A DNA stretch of 63,020 nt, filler included, from Rhabdomonas costata (lineage: Eukaryota): assembly GCA_019059605.1 (NCBI GenBank). It is 54 parts of 54 records of this genome, joined end to end, with 100 filler letters (N's around TTAATTAATTAA, not from the genome) between each part and the next. Parts side by side here need not be neighbours in the genome. Positions count along the whole stretch, not along the records: positions 50,268 to 51,336 come from JAHMHO010030296.1; positions 51,437 to 52,505 come from JAHMHO010030297.1; positions 52,606 to 53,674 come from JAHMHO010030298.1; positions 53,775 to 54,843 come from JAHMHO010030299.1; positions 54,944 to 56,013 come from JAHMHO010030300.1; positions 56,114 to 57,181 come from JAHMHO010030301.1; positions 57,282 to 58,350 come from JAHMHO010030302.1; positions 58,451 to 59,519 come from JAHMHO010030303.1; 46 more parts are not named here. One strand, written 5' to 3'. Every line of letters begins with the position of its first letter. Position 1 is the stretch's first letter. The notes beneath the pieces are model-generated. The model was given only the letters and a program-made list of their open reading frames with translations. It made no database searches and was not told where the DNA came from. Shown here in pieces: positions 50,168 to 63,015 of this stretch. Position numbers and translations under genes: made by a program.

Positions 50168-51469
50168 NNNNNNNNNNNNNNNNNNNNNNNNNNNNNNNNN
50201 NNNNNNNNNNNTTAATTAATTAANNNNNNNNNNNNNNNNNNNNNNNNNNNNNNNNNNNNNNNNNNNNGGGTTTGTTATGTCTCTGTGCTGCGCTCGCGGG
50301 CATTCGAAATGAGAGTTTTGCTTTTTGGTGGGTTGAGGATAATTGGTTGAATCGGCTCAGCGGCAGTGAATATGAAGTGACCTTCATCTGTGACCCGCTC
50401 CACTCCACACCATTCTCCAGACTTCTCTCGCTATTGCTTTTTTCTCTGCTGACTACTGAGCCAGGCTCACAGTGGACCGCTGTCACCTTGTCTCTCGTCG
50501 TCCACGCTTTTCTTGCGGGTTTTCCAAAGTGGGTGGATCCTGGAGGGTCCTGTGCAATGCGTAATGCCCCTTTGGTTTTAGCAGGTGCTGGCGCATAGCG
50601 AAATGAGAACGGCTCAATTACCTGGCAGTCATCCATCACATCTTCAGTCGACGTTTTGCGGCAGATTTGTCACAAGTTGTCCATATCTCAGGGACCAGAT
50701 TCAACACCATTCTGAGCAGCATTCAATGATATGACCTTCCTCTTCTATCCTCCCTCCGGCTAATTCGGACCCCAGGGGTGGAGTGCTTCGCACGTCTTTG
50801 GCTCGGGACAATTGTTAACCGCCACAAATTTTATCCTTAGGCTCAAATTATGGGAGCTCAGGATCGTAGCGTAAAGGCGGCGAGGGTTGCACGACAATGG
50901 CACAATGATTTCTGCTTCTGGAGGTCTCTGCGCGAAAATATATGTGCAGCAGGTGATTTTCCGTCTGTGGTTCTCCAGGTATGCGAGTTTTTGTTCTCTG
51001 TGGGAAGGGGAGGAAAGCACTAGTAGGCTTCTGTGATGGCTGATGCGGCAGCTGCGGGGCCATCTACGGAGCCTCGTGTCCCGACGGGGCCACCGAGGGG
51101 CGCAGTGTCTGGTGCAGGTGGGCGTTGCTGGATCCTTTGGTGGTTACTTTTTTTTGCTTGGTGTGCAATAAGTCACTAGTTGCTGCTGGCCAACCACTGC
51201 CGGTTGTTGTTGTCGCGTTAAAGTTGCTGTACATGTCACTAATGCAACGGAGAAAGGACACAATAGCATACAAAAAGTCTTCGAGTTCGACATCTCACCG
51301 TTTCCTTCACGGTTGAGCTAGTCTTCACTTGACCGANNNNNNNNNNNNNNNNNNNNNNNNNNNNNNNNNNNNNNNNNNNNTTAATTAATTAANNNNNNNN
51401 NNNNNNNNNNNNNNNNNNNNNNNNNNNNNNNNNNNNGGGTGTGGGTCGGGGTGGCGCAGGTTGGCGCAG

Positions 51470-52253
51470 GAGGTGAGGCTGGAGAACTGCACCGATGCCG
51501 GGGTAAAGGAGTTTGTTGAGGATAAGTTCAACGAGCCTTTCTTCAAGCCCGGCGAGGTACGCGGGGAATCTGGGCTGCACCGGGCTATCAGTCAAACAGT
51601 GATTCGGGACAACGGTCTCCTCCACCGTTGGGAATTGTTTTTGTGAACTTCTTGCATCGCTAAGTCCAGCCTTCCACTGTGGGTGTCCGGATTTAGGGTG
51701 TTCTCGGTTTCGTTGAACGCCACGTGGGTTCGCCTGTCTTTCCCACCGTTGGAAATTCCTCCTTTGAATCCTTTGCATTTTTTAAGCCCACCATTATAAT
51801 GTTAGCTGTGTCTGGATTTACAAGTTGAGAATGGGAGGAGTCTGAGCATGCATTAAAAGTGTCATTGGGCCCAAAGTTCCGCAGAGGTTCACGTGTAATC
51901 CAAAGAAAGAAATTTCAGAACCCCCGAACTCCATTCTAGCAATACAGTAAGTCGTGGATTACCATTTTTGGAGATGGCGCCATTCTCGCTTGTGCCCTTG
52001 TTACAGCCCAAGTACCTGTGGAGGGTCTGGGTGCTCACCAACGTGCCCTGGGGGGGCTGCCTTCTGGTCTTCCGTGTGCACCACTGCACCTCGGACGGAC
52101 AAGCGATGACGCAGGTGACCAAGAACATCTTCTTCACCGACGCGCAGAAGGCCGCCGGGGCCACTGCCCCGACTCCGAAGCCCAGGAAGGCTGTCCAGGC
52201 GTCGTCCATGAACTGGGGGAAGGTTTTCAAGACCTCGGCCGCGGTGGCCGCAG
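51470..52253 (+). CDS. Wax ester synthase/diacylglycerol acyltransferase (WS/DGAT-like), exons 51470-51556 and 52007-~52253
   Basis: ...KEFVEDKFNEPFFKPGE|PKYLWRVWVLTNVPWGGCLLVFRVHHCTSDGQAM contains the HHxxxDG catalytic motif preceded by P.LW. The 3' exon boundary is uncertain. Confidence 0.75.
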
Positions 52254-53245
52254 GCGCCGCGTTGGGTGTGAATCGAGCTGCAATCAGACCTGCAATTTTT
52301 TTCTATTTTATTCAGAACTCTCCTTGTGGGTGACCACGCTTTGGGACCGAGGGCCCTCTCGGTAAGTTTTGAGCCTCGGAGTGAGGAAGGCCGGGATCCC
52401 CAGTGTGGATCATTGCAAAAGCAGAGCAAAGCAAGCCAACGTATCCATCACTTTCATAGTATCGTGCCTTCATCCCATGACCGGAAGTTGTGCCCCCCAA
52501 ACACCNNNNNNNNNNNNNNNNNNNNNNNNNNNNNNNNNNNNNNNNNNNNTTAATTAATTAANNNNNNNNNNNNNNNNNNNNNNNNNNNNNNNNNNNNNNN
52601 NNNNNGGGGGTGCAGGTTTCTATTCTGAAAGCCAGCAGTATTGACTCTTCGACACATCACTCGCCAAGGGAAGAGATCACGGCATGGTTATTGCAGGCTG
52701 GCGTCTGTGGGGCATCCGAACAGGTGCGTATGCACGCCGAATTCGGAAACATTGTCCAAATCTGTCCATCCCTAGGTCGATTTCCCTGAATTTCCCAAAT
52801 TACGCTCTAAATTCTTATTGCTACCTTACCTTACCTTACAATGGAAGAGGGATTTGATGCTCCTTGATGCAAAAAAAAACTTGTCTGTGTTGTTCACACT
52901 TTACAAAAAGAAAGGACAATGATTTGCAGCAAAAGCAGAAACTTAGGCGAAGAAAAAGGGGGGAAACTGGGAGCAGGTGGCAATGGAGGGGGTTCAGACG
53001 CATTCATTTTCAGAGAGTTGGTTGCTGAGGGAAAGGGAATATAAGCAGAAGAAGAAAAGAAGCCAAACCGAAAGCCAAACCGAAAAAAGCTGCTTGATGC
53101 GAATTCCCCCTTTTCGAACGCCCCCTTACGTTCCGCGATGTGCCTAAGCTCGCATAATTCCCGGATCTTAGGGGAGCTAAGTAACAACACTTTTTCATTA
53201 CTGTTTGCCGATTGTCATGCACCATGTTTTCGCCGCATTTTGGAG

Positions 53246-53329
53246 AGAAGGCCCCGCTCGTCGGCAGCCCAGATAAACCGCGGGTGTTTATCTCGTATCA
53301 GTGGGGTGTGCAGGACACCGTTCGGCGGC
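53246..53329 (+). CDS. TIR domain (TIR_2-like) exon
   Basis: KAPLVGSPDKPRVFISYQWGVQDTVRR|GTAAG: the box-1 motif VFISY followed by W..Q..V. Confidence 0.7.
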
Positions 53330-53902
53330 GTAAGCGTGACGTGATGCTGTCTTTTCTTGAAGACGTTTTTCAAATTGCCTGTTGTAACTGCCTTTCTAGC
53401 TGCGGCCTGCAAAAGCATAACTTTCCCGATTTTATGTGCGAGAGTCGACCACAAATTGCACATTGAATCCACCGCAAATTATCATCATTACTGAGTGTTA
53501 TCATTTTTTCGATTGCAGGGCCGCTGGATTTGTTGTTCTTCTAGGGGGGCTTGGCATCCCCCCGATAACCCAAACCGAAGTTGCCTCCTGCTCCCGTTCC
53601 TGTGCACATGATGGCCGCAAACGCCTGGGCTTGCCCACAACCACCCCCACTACCAGACTCTCTTCCAACCCCCCNNNNNNNNNNNNNNNNNNNNNNNNNN
53701 NNNNNNNNNNNNNNNNNNTTAATTAATTAANNNNNNNNNNNNNNNNNNNNNNNNNNNNNNNNNNNNNNNNNNNNGGGTTGTTGGACACAGGTGTGTCACC
53801 AGCAGAGGCCACTTCCATGTTGACACACCTCTGTCCGCCCACCCCTTTCTCTGCACCCTCAGCCTTGTCCCTAAGCGCATCCGCGTGCACGTCGTCTCAC
53901 AG

Positions 53903-54234
53903 AGGAGCAGATCCGGCAGACCAAGGCCAGGCGCCGTGCCCAGCACGAGGACGAGTACAGCATGGTGTGCCCCCCAAGCCTGGCTCTTTCTGCGAAGTGA
54001 GGGGAGGAGTTTGGAGTTTGGGTTGGGGCGTGATTTCACAAAATGCAAGGACCGCATCATCCTTCCATTCCATAGAGATCTCACAGTTTCTTCTTGTGGT
54101 GGTCTGGCGTTGCTGTGACTGCCATGTGACACTGCAGCAAAACGTGTACTACCCCTTCGGGAGGCCAGGCTCAGGGGCCCCTGTGCGGGACTCCAACCAC
54201 AACGTGGTGGCCAACGTGACCTTCACCCGCTGCC
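53903..54234 (+). CDS. CSPP1-like centrosomal/ciliary protein, exons 53903-53964 and 54138-54234
   Basis: EQIRQTKARRRAQHEDEYSM|QNVYYPFGRPGSGAPVRDSNHNVVAN resembles the Y.P.G..G.GAP.RD..GN motif. In-phase GT-AG intron. Confidence 0.5.
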
Positions 54235-54992
54235 GTAAGATTCTACCACGGTGTGTGAGAGCATGTGTGAACCCTTCCCTCTGGCCAGCACCCTTCAGGT
54301 TCCTTGGCAGGCTGGCGCAGAGGGGCAGGGAATGGACAGGTCCCAACACTCCCAGCAGGAACTGTCGGTAGTCCGTGGTTATGTTTCTATCTGCATTGGC
54401 TAAATCATAAGAACTGGGATGCCTTCGGGTGGACTTTGTGTTTCAGAGCGCAGTCTTTTTTCTTTGGTCGTAGGTCGCTGAAACTCTGAAAGTTTGGCAG
54501 GTTGTGTGTGTGTGTGTACTACTACTGTGTAGTAGTAGTGTACTACCTCGCACCGTCACTGCACGACAATTTCCTCTCCACAGCGACCACACTGCGTTCA
54601 GCGCTGCCGCGCTGGACCTGAGCGGCGGGAGGGTCCGCAACCGCTCCGAGACCGCGTAAGGGTCTTGATGTGGTAAGGATCTTGGTGTGGGTTTGCGATT
54701 GAGGGAGGAAATTGCCTTCCCTCTTCCATAAAGGTATGCATGGCACCGGCAGCCGTGCCTCGTCCCCTCTTTCGGTGAGCTCTTGTTCGCAGTGGGATGG
54801 AATAGGAGCATCAGCTGTGCTGCCGATCCTGACACCCCCACACNNNNNNNNNNNNNNNNNNNNNNNNNNNNNNNNNNNNNNNNNNNNTTAATTAATTAAN
54901 NNNNNNNNNNNNNNNNNNNNNNNNNNNNNNNNNNNNNNNNNNNGGGGGGGGGGTGGGGGGGGGGAGGGGAGGCAGGATGGGGTGGCTTCCAC

Positions 54993-55241
54993 CTGCTGCT
55001 GCTGCGTGATGGCGACGAGCAGGTGCCGGAGGATATCAAACCGGATCTCCAGCAGCAGGTACACCGGGATGGTTACCACCCCCCGCAGCACCAGCTCTGT
55101 GAGGCTCAAGGCGCTGAAGCGGGCCGGAGCATGGGGCGGCTCCTCTCCCTCCTCCTCGGGCGCCTCCCTGGGGGTGGGGTGCCCAAAGCGGCACAGGTGA
55201 TGCATCAGCAGGTCGTACATCGCCAACAGGTTGCCCAAATC
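54993..55241 (-). CDS. Exon of an unidentified alpha-helical protein
   Basis: 249-nt phase-0 AG/GT-bounded exon with high GC3 (DLGNLLAMYDLLMHHL...FDILRHLLVAITQQQQ). Confidence 0.6.
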
Positions 55242-55619
55242 CTTTTTGCCCCCCAGAGAATGGCATGTGCTTGCAATGCCCAAAAGTTCGACAAGTGCAG
55301 ACCGCAAAACATAAAAAACGGCTGCAGCGCTTGAGCAGGTTGCTGGAATGGAGAAAAGAGAAACCAAAGTTCCCGCATCAAATTAATGCTCTTCAGTGAA
55401 TTTGATTCGGTAATGGGCGATGGGAAAGTCTCTGCCTGGCTTGCCCCTTGATTTTCCAACATCAAGCAATTGCCGCCGATAACGAGATCACGTTCGCCCC
55501 GATACAAAGTTGGACACTTCTTTGGGGCGCCGAACCGGGGATCCAGTCGAGTTAACTTCGAACAAAGCGCCAGACACCGGCTGCGCCTAACCATCTTCAC
55601 TGTGGAAACTCGAAAACAA

Positions 55620-55620
<1 letters not shown>

Positions 55621-55653
<33 letters not shown>
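55621..55653 (+). repeat. (CA)n microsatellite
   Basis: About 16 CA units. Confidence 0.95.
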
Positions 55654-55656
<3 letters not shown>

Positions 55657-56448
55657 AGAAAGTCTATGTGAAAGTAAAAAAGAAGGGGCGAGGACAACAA
55701 TCAAACCGACTCGCCGCGGGAGCACAGTATGAAGAGGTGATGGTTCAGCAACTTCGTGAGATAGGCCATCATGTGCGGTGGGTGCATCTCGGTGAACACC
55801 GACCGCAGTAGCAGCACAAACTTCCCCGTTAAGGAAATGAACACCTGAAGAGTGACACCACAGGCGGAAGTTGCACGTAGCATCTCCTCATAGTGGAGAA
55901 GGAAAAGAAAAGCCATTCAATAGATGACTTACTCAAAAAAAGCATGCACCCCCCCATCACCCCCGAAAGAATACAATTATTGGCAACACGGCCAGGTATA
56001 ATTCCAAAAAAACNNNNNNNNNNNNNNNNNNNNNNNNNNNNNNNNNNNNNNNNNNNNTTAATTAATTAANNNNNNNNNNNNNNNNNNNNNNNNNNNNNNN
56101 NNNNNNNNNNNNNGGGGTTTTTTTAGGAAAGGACTTAGGATGGTAAGGAAGGAGGTACCCTTGCGGGTTGCAAAAATTGGAAGTCGAAGGCTTCCGGATC
56201 TTTCGAGTGGAATTTATACCGAAAAAATGATTACATTCAGTATTATAAGCCTGGGATATCGCAGGGAAGGCGCCTGGCCCGGCGCGCCCCGGGTGGGGAT
56301 TTATGGTTGGCCGCAACGGATATGGAGATATATATGCGGTCTTGCTTAAGGTCGTTTGCATTTTGTCCCGGTGCTGTTTGGTTTTGCATTGGCGAGGTCA
56401 CGAGGTCACTCTTTTCTTTTCGTTTGATCGACACTGCATATGGCGCAG

Positions 56449-56944
56449 GGTCTTGCACCGTCCCCGCCAGAGATGGGCCCGATCGTTGTGGTGAGCCAAT
56501 CCGCGGCTGCCCTGGATGACCTTCTTGCGCCCGTCATTGAGCGGTTCTCCAACCCGTTGTGCCCAAAGGTGCGTCAGCGCAGTCTACAGAACGAAAATTA
56601 TGCAACCTGGTCCCTTGCCATGTTCGAGCATCACTCCCACTGACAAGTCTTTCAGATGTATACGGGGATTACGTCGAGGCCTGCAAAATGCCATCGCCTA
56701 GAACCTCTACTGTTAACCGCCACTGAATGCAAAGTTTCTACCATCGCAACACAAGACTCAGGTTTCGCCCCTCCCACACCTTGTGCTCTCTTCACCCTCT
56801 GCTCTCCGCTGTTGCAAAAGGATGTGCTGAGGGTGGTTCCTCTTCGCGGGGGTACCAGCACCATCGCGGAGCACACCACGGAACTTGCCGCGGCCTATGC
56901 CCAGGAGGCTGCCGCCGACCCAGGACCAGCCAAGGAGCTCTACG
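56449..56944 (+). CDS. Upf1-like SF1 helicase family exons (motif Ia region, divergent), 56449-56568 and 56821-56944
   Basis: GPIVVVSQSAAALDDLLAPV...|DVLRVVPLRGG resembles PILV...SN.ALD.LL...VR.G. Confidence 0.4.
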
Positions 56945-57832
56945 GTGTGGTGTGGGGAGAGGGGGAGGTGGGGAGGGCATGCGCCTGGCCTTCCCCCTGA
57001 GCTCCGTGATGTTCCGAAGCCAAATAGAGCTGATGGTGTCAGTATTTCTTTCCTGTCCAAAAAGAGGCTGTGTCAGCTGCGGAACCGCAGACTGGACTGA
57101 CGGGGACTGAGGGGCTTGAAGACACTTGCAGGGGCATGGAACGTGGAACAGCAGGTGGAGCCCAGCATTTCACCCCCCACCNNNNNNNNNNNNNNNNNNN
57201 NNNNNNNNNNNNNNNNNNNNNNNNNTTAATTAATTAANNNNNNNNNNNNNNNNNNNNNNNNNNNNNNNNNNNNNNNNNNNNCATTTAAGGGCGCTTCGGC
57301 TTGCTTCTCTTGCGTCTCTTCCGGTATAATCAATACATTTGTCTATACAGCACTAGAAAGCACCAAAAGCTCCACAAAGAACAAAGATCAACTCTAGCAA
57401 TAGAACTTTGCGCCTAGTTGCTTTGGGACCGCAGCTATACTTCCTCCTCCTCTCATGAAAATGATAGTGACTCTACTCTGTATCATCACCGCATGGGCAC
57501 CTAGAGAATGGGCGTCGCAAGCAGCACTGCCGTAGTGGTCGTCATTGCCTGGGTTCTGCAAAGTCCCTTGGGCAGCAATCCCAATTGGTTGTTCAATGTC
57601 CAGATTCAACTACAGCTTCCACGGTCAGCTTGGCTCGCGCTCTCTCGTTCCCATCATGTCCCCTCCAGTGATATCGTTGTGCACTCTTGCTTGTGTTTTT
57701 TCGGTTTCCCCCTTTTGTCTGTGTGACTTTGTTTTGTACTTAAGCTGGTGGGGTGTGTGGAGGTGCGCTGGGAGATCGCGTGTACCCTTCCCCTGCGCGC
57801 GCTTCCCCTCCCACCCGGACGCTCGTGGAGAA

Positions 57833-58282
57833 ATGCCCCGGCTGAAGATCGTGGGCCTCACCGCGGGGGTGTTCCTGCTGGGGCTGTACATCTGCGCGAT
57901 CAACCACTATCTCCGGTTGGTCACGTGGCCCACCTTCCACGGCGCTACCAACCAGGAGTACCTGACCTGCCTGAAATTCCACATGCAGCCCGGACGGAAC
58001 CCCGCCCTGTACAAGGACCCAATTGATTACCGTCTGGACCAGCGGGTGTGGCCGCCGTGGCCCGATGCCAGCCTGCACGCGGAGATTGCCGGGGTGATCA
58101 ATCGCCTGCCCTGCCGCGAGGAGTCACTGCACCAGATCCCCGCGGACGTGTACCACATGCGGCTGCTGATCGTCATCAACTGCTACGGGAACATGCAGGT
58201 CCCGCTGATGTTGACGCAGCTCAGCGCGATAGCGCAGATGTGCGAGTTCGGGTGGTGGATTCGGGTGGTCATCCTGGTCACG
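57833..58282 (+). CDS. First exon of a type II membrane protein, possibly a glycosyltransferase
   Basis: ATG, N-terminal transmembrane segment (IVGLTAGVFLLGLYICAI), stem, then RLLIVINCYG...MCEFGWWIRVVILVT|GTATG. High GC3. Confidence 0.65.
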
Positions 58283-59115
58283 GTATGAGCGTACCCCACA
58301 CACTCACCCACCCCCACTCCCACCCGCAGGCGACTCTGAAACCCCCAAAANNNNNNNNNNNNNNNNNNNNNNNNNNNNNNNNNNNNNNNNNNNNTTAATT
58401 AATTAANNNNNNNNNNNNNNNNNNNNNNNNNNNNNNNNNNNNNNNNNNNNGATACTAGTGCGTATGAATGCTGCATTTGTCAAAATAGTTGCCCTGAATT
58501 CTGTTTACAGATCGCAGCGTAGTGCACAGAATTGTTTGCAAACGAGTGACATAAGCATCGGCAGAATGAGTTTGCAGTATGCTGCAAATTCAAAAGGAAA
58601 CGTGAAATAAACACAAAGGCCAGTAAGGATTTCTGCACACAAGGTTATTGACGCAAGGAGGAAGTGCCATAGAGAGGAGGGGGGGAGGGGACGGGAATAA
58701 AGCAATTGAAAGGGAAGAAATAAGGAGGAAGGCTACACACACACGCGTCAGTGACTTTGCAAGCTGTTCGCGTTTCCACAGACGATCCTTTTCTGTTTGA
58801 GTCTCACTTTCCTCCTTCTATCTGAAGGTCTCCCTGTTCTCTCTGTCGCTCTCTCACTTTATACTCGAGGGGAGGTTTCTAACTGCACTCATGACTTCCC
58901 CTCCCTCGACGAAAGCTCGGGGTCGGAACCCCTTGTCCTCATTCGTGGAGGAGGACCCACAGTCTCCCCGGGATCTCTGCCTCTCCAACCTGACCCAAAT
59001 GCGGATGTCGACTTGTGTTTTGGTGTGACGATGTGTTTGTGCATTCAGAGGCGGTGAATCTGAAACGCAACTGCCCTTGTTGGCTCAAAATGTGGCTGCA
59101 CACCCACTCCAGTGG

Positions 59116-59354
59116 ATGCCATATGGGTCGGATGATGTGCATGTACAGGAAGCGGGACGTACTTTGAGCGTGATAGTGCAAGACGAGGCCCAGGCCGAGG
59201 CTTCTTCCACACCCCCGGATCTTCGCACTGCCGTCAGAGAGCGCCTGCTCTCCCTGCCCGTGTTGCTGGCGGTGTTCAGCGTGGCGTTCATCACCGTCTC
59301 GTGCTTCGCGGCGTGGTACCTTACCTACGACATGACCCTGCAGACGATTGCCAG
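59116..59354 (+). CDS. Membrane protein N-terminal exon, possibly a receptor-type nucleotide cyclase
   Basis: Transmembrane helix LLSLPVLLAVFSVAFITVSCFAAWYLTY, followed by a CAG|GT donor. Family assignment is inference. Confidence 0.5.
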
Positions 59355-60058
59355 GTGCGCGGTCCAGTGGGCCTGGCCTTTGAGCAGGAAACCCCCTGGT
59401 TTGGTGGTTTGTGCTTGTGCTTGTGCTTGTGCTGGAGGTTCTGTTGGGCTAATCAGTCCATAGCTGACCTCATTCCCTCCTGTTGGTGTGTCCCTCATCA
59501 CCCCCCCCCACAACCAACCNNNNNNNNNNNNNNNNNNNNNNNNNNNNNNNNNNNNNNNNNNNNTTAATTAATTAANNNNNNNNNNNNNNNNNNNNNNNNN
59601 NNNNNNNNNNNNNNNNNNNGCGCAGACATATAATGGGCGGGGAGCGGGTTGAGGCTGGGCGGGTTCAGGTTGTGCCCAAGCAGAGTCCTATGAGGCGCAT
59701 CTTAGGACTCATTCCATTTTTCCGAACGATACCAATGAAGGACTTACCCGCACAAATCTGAGAAGGAGCAGCACGTCCACGTGGGCGGGACACACTTTTG
59801 TGCGAATAGAAAGAAGATGATCCTGCAGAAGTTCTTCATAATAGTGGTTGCGGACATTGTAACCGCCATAGCAACCAACCTTATCACGATAATCACAACA
59901 GAGAATTTGGACAAGGGGGGATGGGATTGATAAACTGAACGGTACGATAAAGGTACATGCCGGCTCGTTCCCTCCGTGCCCTGGGCGTGCAGTCAACAAA
60001 ACTGAAAACGAAGGAACAAGACAAGCAGCATCGCATACACCTTTCTTGCGGCGCTTAC

Positions 60059-60167
60059 CCTCCTCATGGGTGCCGACAATCTCCCGAATCAACACCAGAG
60101 ACTGGGGCACAGAGAGGCCCAGCCTCACATTCTCGCAGCACAGCTTGAGAAACCTCTTCCGATGGGT
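60059..60167 (-). CDS. Exon possibly from a large ubiquitin-specific protease (USP34/USP9-like N-terminal region)
   Basis: TAG|THRKRFLKLCCENVRLGLSVPQSLVLIREIVGTHEE|GTAAG. Similarity recalled by eye only. Confidence 0.35.
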
Positions 60168-60600
60168 CTACGGGTGCACGAAAGACAACCTGGGAAACAA
60201 CCTCAGCACTACCTTCAGTGGACGTCCGAACGGTGCGTAAACCAGCGAAGATAAAATTCAAAATAAAAATGGTAACACCCCAAAACTTTTGTTTTCCTCT
60301 CTCTCTCTCTCTCTCTTTCTCTCTCTTTCCTACCAGCATATCTTTTTGTTGACACGTGTCACACACGCCTTCCCGCCCATTGCATCCCGTGGTGCTTTGC
60401 TGTCATGCTCTGTCTTGCCTTCCGGGTTGCAGGAAAAACGGAGGTTTCCGCAAGAAAACTGAAAGTATGCGACATTTCGAAAAGTCTATTGCCTTTATTT
60501 ATGCCGGTGGTCCTCGCGGCATTCTGCGCTGTTCTACAGAACAACTGACTGCTCACTATTCCGATAGTTGTGCCCCACCTCGGGTGCCACGGAAGACGAA

Positions 60601-60683
60601 GTTTTGGTGATAGTCATGACTTGTCATTCACCAAGGTGGATGGGAAGGGCAGCACGGAAGATGGGCATGACTATCACCAAAAC
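60601..60683. repeat. Contig-terminal inverted repeat (18-bp arms)
   Basis: 60601-60618 is the reverse complement of 60666-60683. Confidence 0.85.
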
Positions 60684-60787
60684 CCCNNNNNNNNNNNNNN
60701 NNNNNNNNNNNNNNNNNNNNNNNNNNNNNNTTAATTAATTAANNNNNNNNNNNNNNNNNNNNNNNNNNNNNNNNNNNNNNNNNNNNG

Positions 60788-61466
60788 GTGGGGTGGGCCG
60801 CCTTTGCGGGGCATGCCGAGGTCATCCGGGTGCTGTTGGCGAGCGGTGCCGACCCTCGCGTGCAGGCCCAGTCCCAGCTTCCCGCTGAGGTGCGTGCTGA
60901 TGCGATTCTGACCGTTTCTGGGGCTTCTTCTGAGGAACAGCTTCCTTTGACTATTGCAGCGCCATTCTGAGGAAGCCGGAAAAGCCCTGCTGACAGCATC
61001 GTTTTGAACTTAGAACTTGTGACCTTGTCCTTGGACCTTCTGCTCTTCTTCACTCATACTCGTGGAATTGCAGCCTTTTCAACAAGTTGTGAATAAGTGT
61101 TTGCAGGAATTCGTTAAAACCGTTAAATTCCGTGAAATCTGTTAAATGCCCAACAAGAAATAGCCATTGAGATTGTTGGGTTGTTAGCTTTTACATTGCC
61201 TTTGACAACAATAAGGTGGCCTCTGGGGAGTCCAAGGAGGCTTTGGTGAAGGGGGGTGTCTCCCGCACGGACACCCTTCTGGTGCAGTACGCCGCGCAGA
61301 GGCAGAAGCAGGCCGCGGCAGCAGCGCAGGCTCGGGACTCGCTTTGTGGGCAGCTGCAGAGCAGACTTTTGACAGCTGAGAAGGCCGATGGCGCCGCACA
61401 GAGGTCGCTGGGGAAGGCACGGCAAAGTCTGGAGCAGAGGATCTTGGAGCTGGACAAATGCGTCAG
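60788..61466 (+). CDS. Ankyrin-repeat plus coiled-coil protein, exons ..60889 and 61216-61466
   Basis: WAAFAGHAEVIRVLLASGADP is a canonical ankyrin repeat. The second AG/GT-bounded exon is rich in Q, A and R. Confidence 0.75.
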
Positions 61467-62566
61467 GTATTCTTTTTTGTGGGGAGTGGGGCTACATGTG
61501 CATGTTGAGCCGGGCTGCAGAACTGGTTCTAGGTCCAACTGTCCCAACGAAAAGCCTGAAATTGATGTTGAAGATGGTGATGAAGGTGATGAAGAAGATG
61601 AAAATCACACAGTGGCCCATTGCAGTGGTAGAGATAGGCAGATAACGCTAGGTCAATGCTCAGAGTTCTGTTTGGGGAGAGAGGGAGGTGTCAAGACGGT
61701 TGGGAGGGGGGGGATACCTGAAGGTTTGTTGGGAAGACCTTGGCGGCTTAATAGGAACCTAACTACGGGAAACCATGAACTACATACTGCTTCCTACCTA
61801 CAACTTAGCAGTTCCCTCTGATGGAGTGCCTTTTCACTCCGAAAAGCTTGCNNNNNNNNNNNNNNNNNNNNNNNNNNNNNNNNNNNNNNNNNNNNTTAAT
61901 TAATTAANNNNNNNNNNNNNNNNNNNNNNNNNNNNNNNNNNNNNNNNNNNNTTTTTGTTTGCTTGTTCCGATTTTTTCAAGCCATGACACGAAGTAGTCG
62001 TGCTTCTTATGTCGGACTTGGTCAATTACCGTCTCAAAGAGGGCAATGGGAAACACATGCTGGGCAGATGCCGCTTCCCCACCGTGCGTGATTTCCGGTG
62101 CTGCTACTTTTCTTTTTTCACAGCCTGATATCTTGCCCGCCTCCTTCCTCTTCTCTTCATAGGTCTTTTCCTGCTACCTTTTCTTGCGCCCTTCTTCAGA
62201 GCAATTGTTTCAAGGCAGTGCGTTGATTCCCTTTCTTGTTCAATTCGCCCTGCAGATGCCCAGGACTGCTTAATGAACGACCCCAATGATTTTCTTCTGG
62301 TTTGTTTGACAACTCTCCAGTTGAAAGTAAACATGGTGCTGTCATGAGGCAAAGCGTCCCCAGTGTCCAGAGTTCAGAGAGCAGCACAAAAGGAAGGGGA
62401 GAGGCCATAAAAGAATGGAAAAGAGGGGAGATGGGAAGAGTGGGCATAAGTGCATTTATTACCCCCCCCCCCATATCAAGGAGGATAAAAGTGCAGGGCA
62501 ACAAAGAAGAGCAGAATGGGGTGTAAATGCAATACTGCCCAGCCAATTACCTACCCACACAACCAC

Positions 62567-62734
62567 CTTTGACTCCGAGTCCTCGGCGGCCTTCAGGGGG
62601 CGGTCCGGGTCCAGCAGCCTGGCAGTGTAAATCACCCGCAGCCGTGAATCCGCCTTCAGAGTGTACTCGATGCTGAGCACCCCGGTCAGCTCAACCGCAG
62701 CCCCGGCCTCCTCTTCCGTCTCCCGCACAGCCCC
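62567..62734 (-). CDS. Nudix hydrolase exon (NUDT18-like)
   Basis: 56-codon phase-0 exon GAVRETEEEAGAAVELTGVLSIEY...RLRVIYTARLLDPDRPLKAAEDSESK, with Nudix box RExxEEAG. Confidence 0.85.
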
Positions 62735-62939
62735 CTGCATAGAAACATGCCGAGTATAAGACCGCGCGTGGGTGTTTGTGGGTGTATGTTTGCGTCTATG
62801 AATTCGGGCACGGTGAAGAGTAGGAGGGGGGAGTTCCACAACGCCGTAATACTTATGACGCATACATAAAACGGTGTTATACGTCTCGAACCTGTGAATG
62901 ACAATCCTAACTCCCTGAGAGACCAAATAGCCTAATGCT

Positions 62940-63015
62940 GGGGTACGTTCATCGCAAACCCATCACGGTCTCCCAGGGCTGGGTCGCCGTGATGGGTTTG
63001 CGATGAACGTACCCC
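62940..63015. repeat. Contig-terminal inverted repeat (29-bp arms)
   Basis: 62940-62968 is the reverse complement of 62987-63015. Confidence 0.9.
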
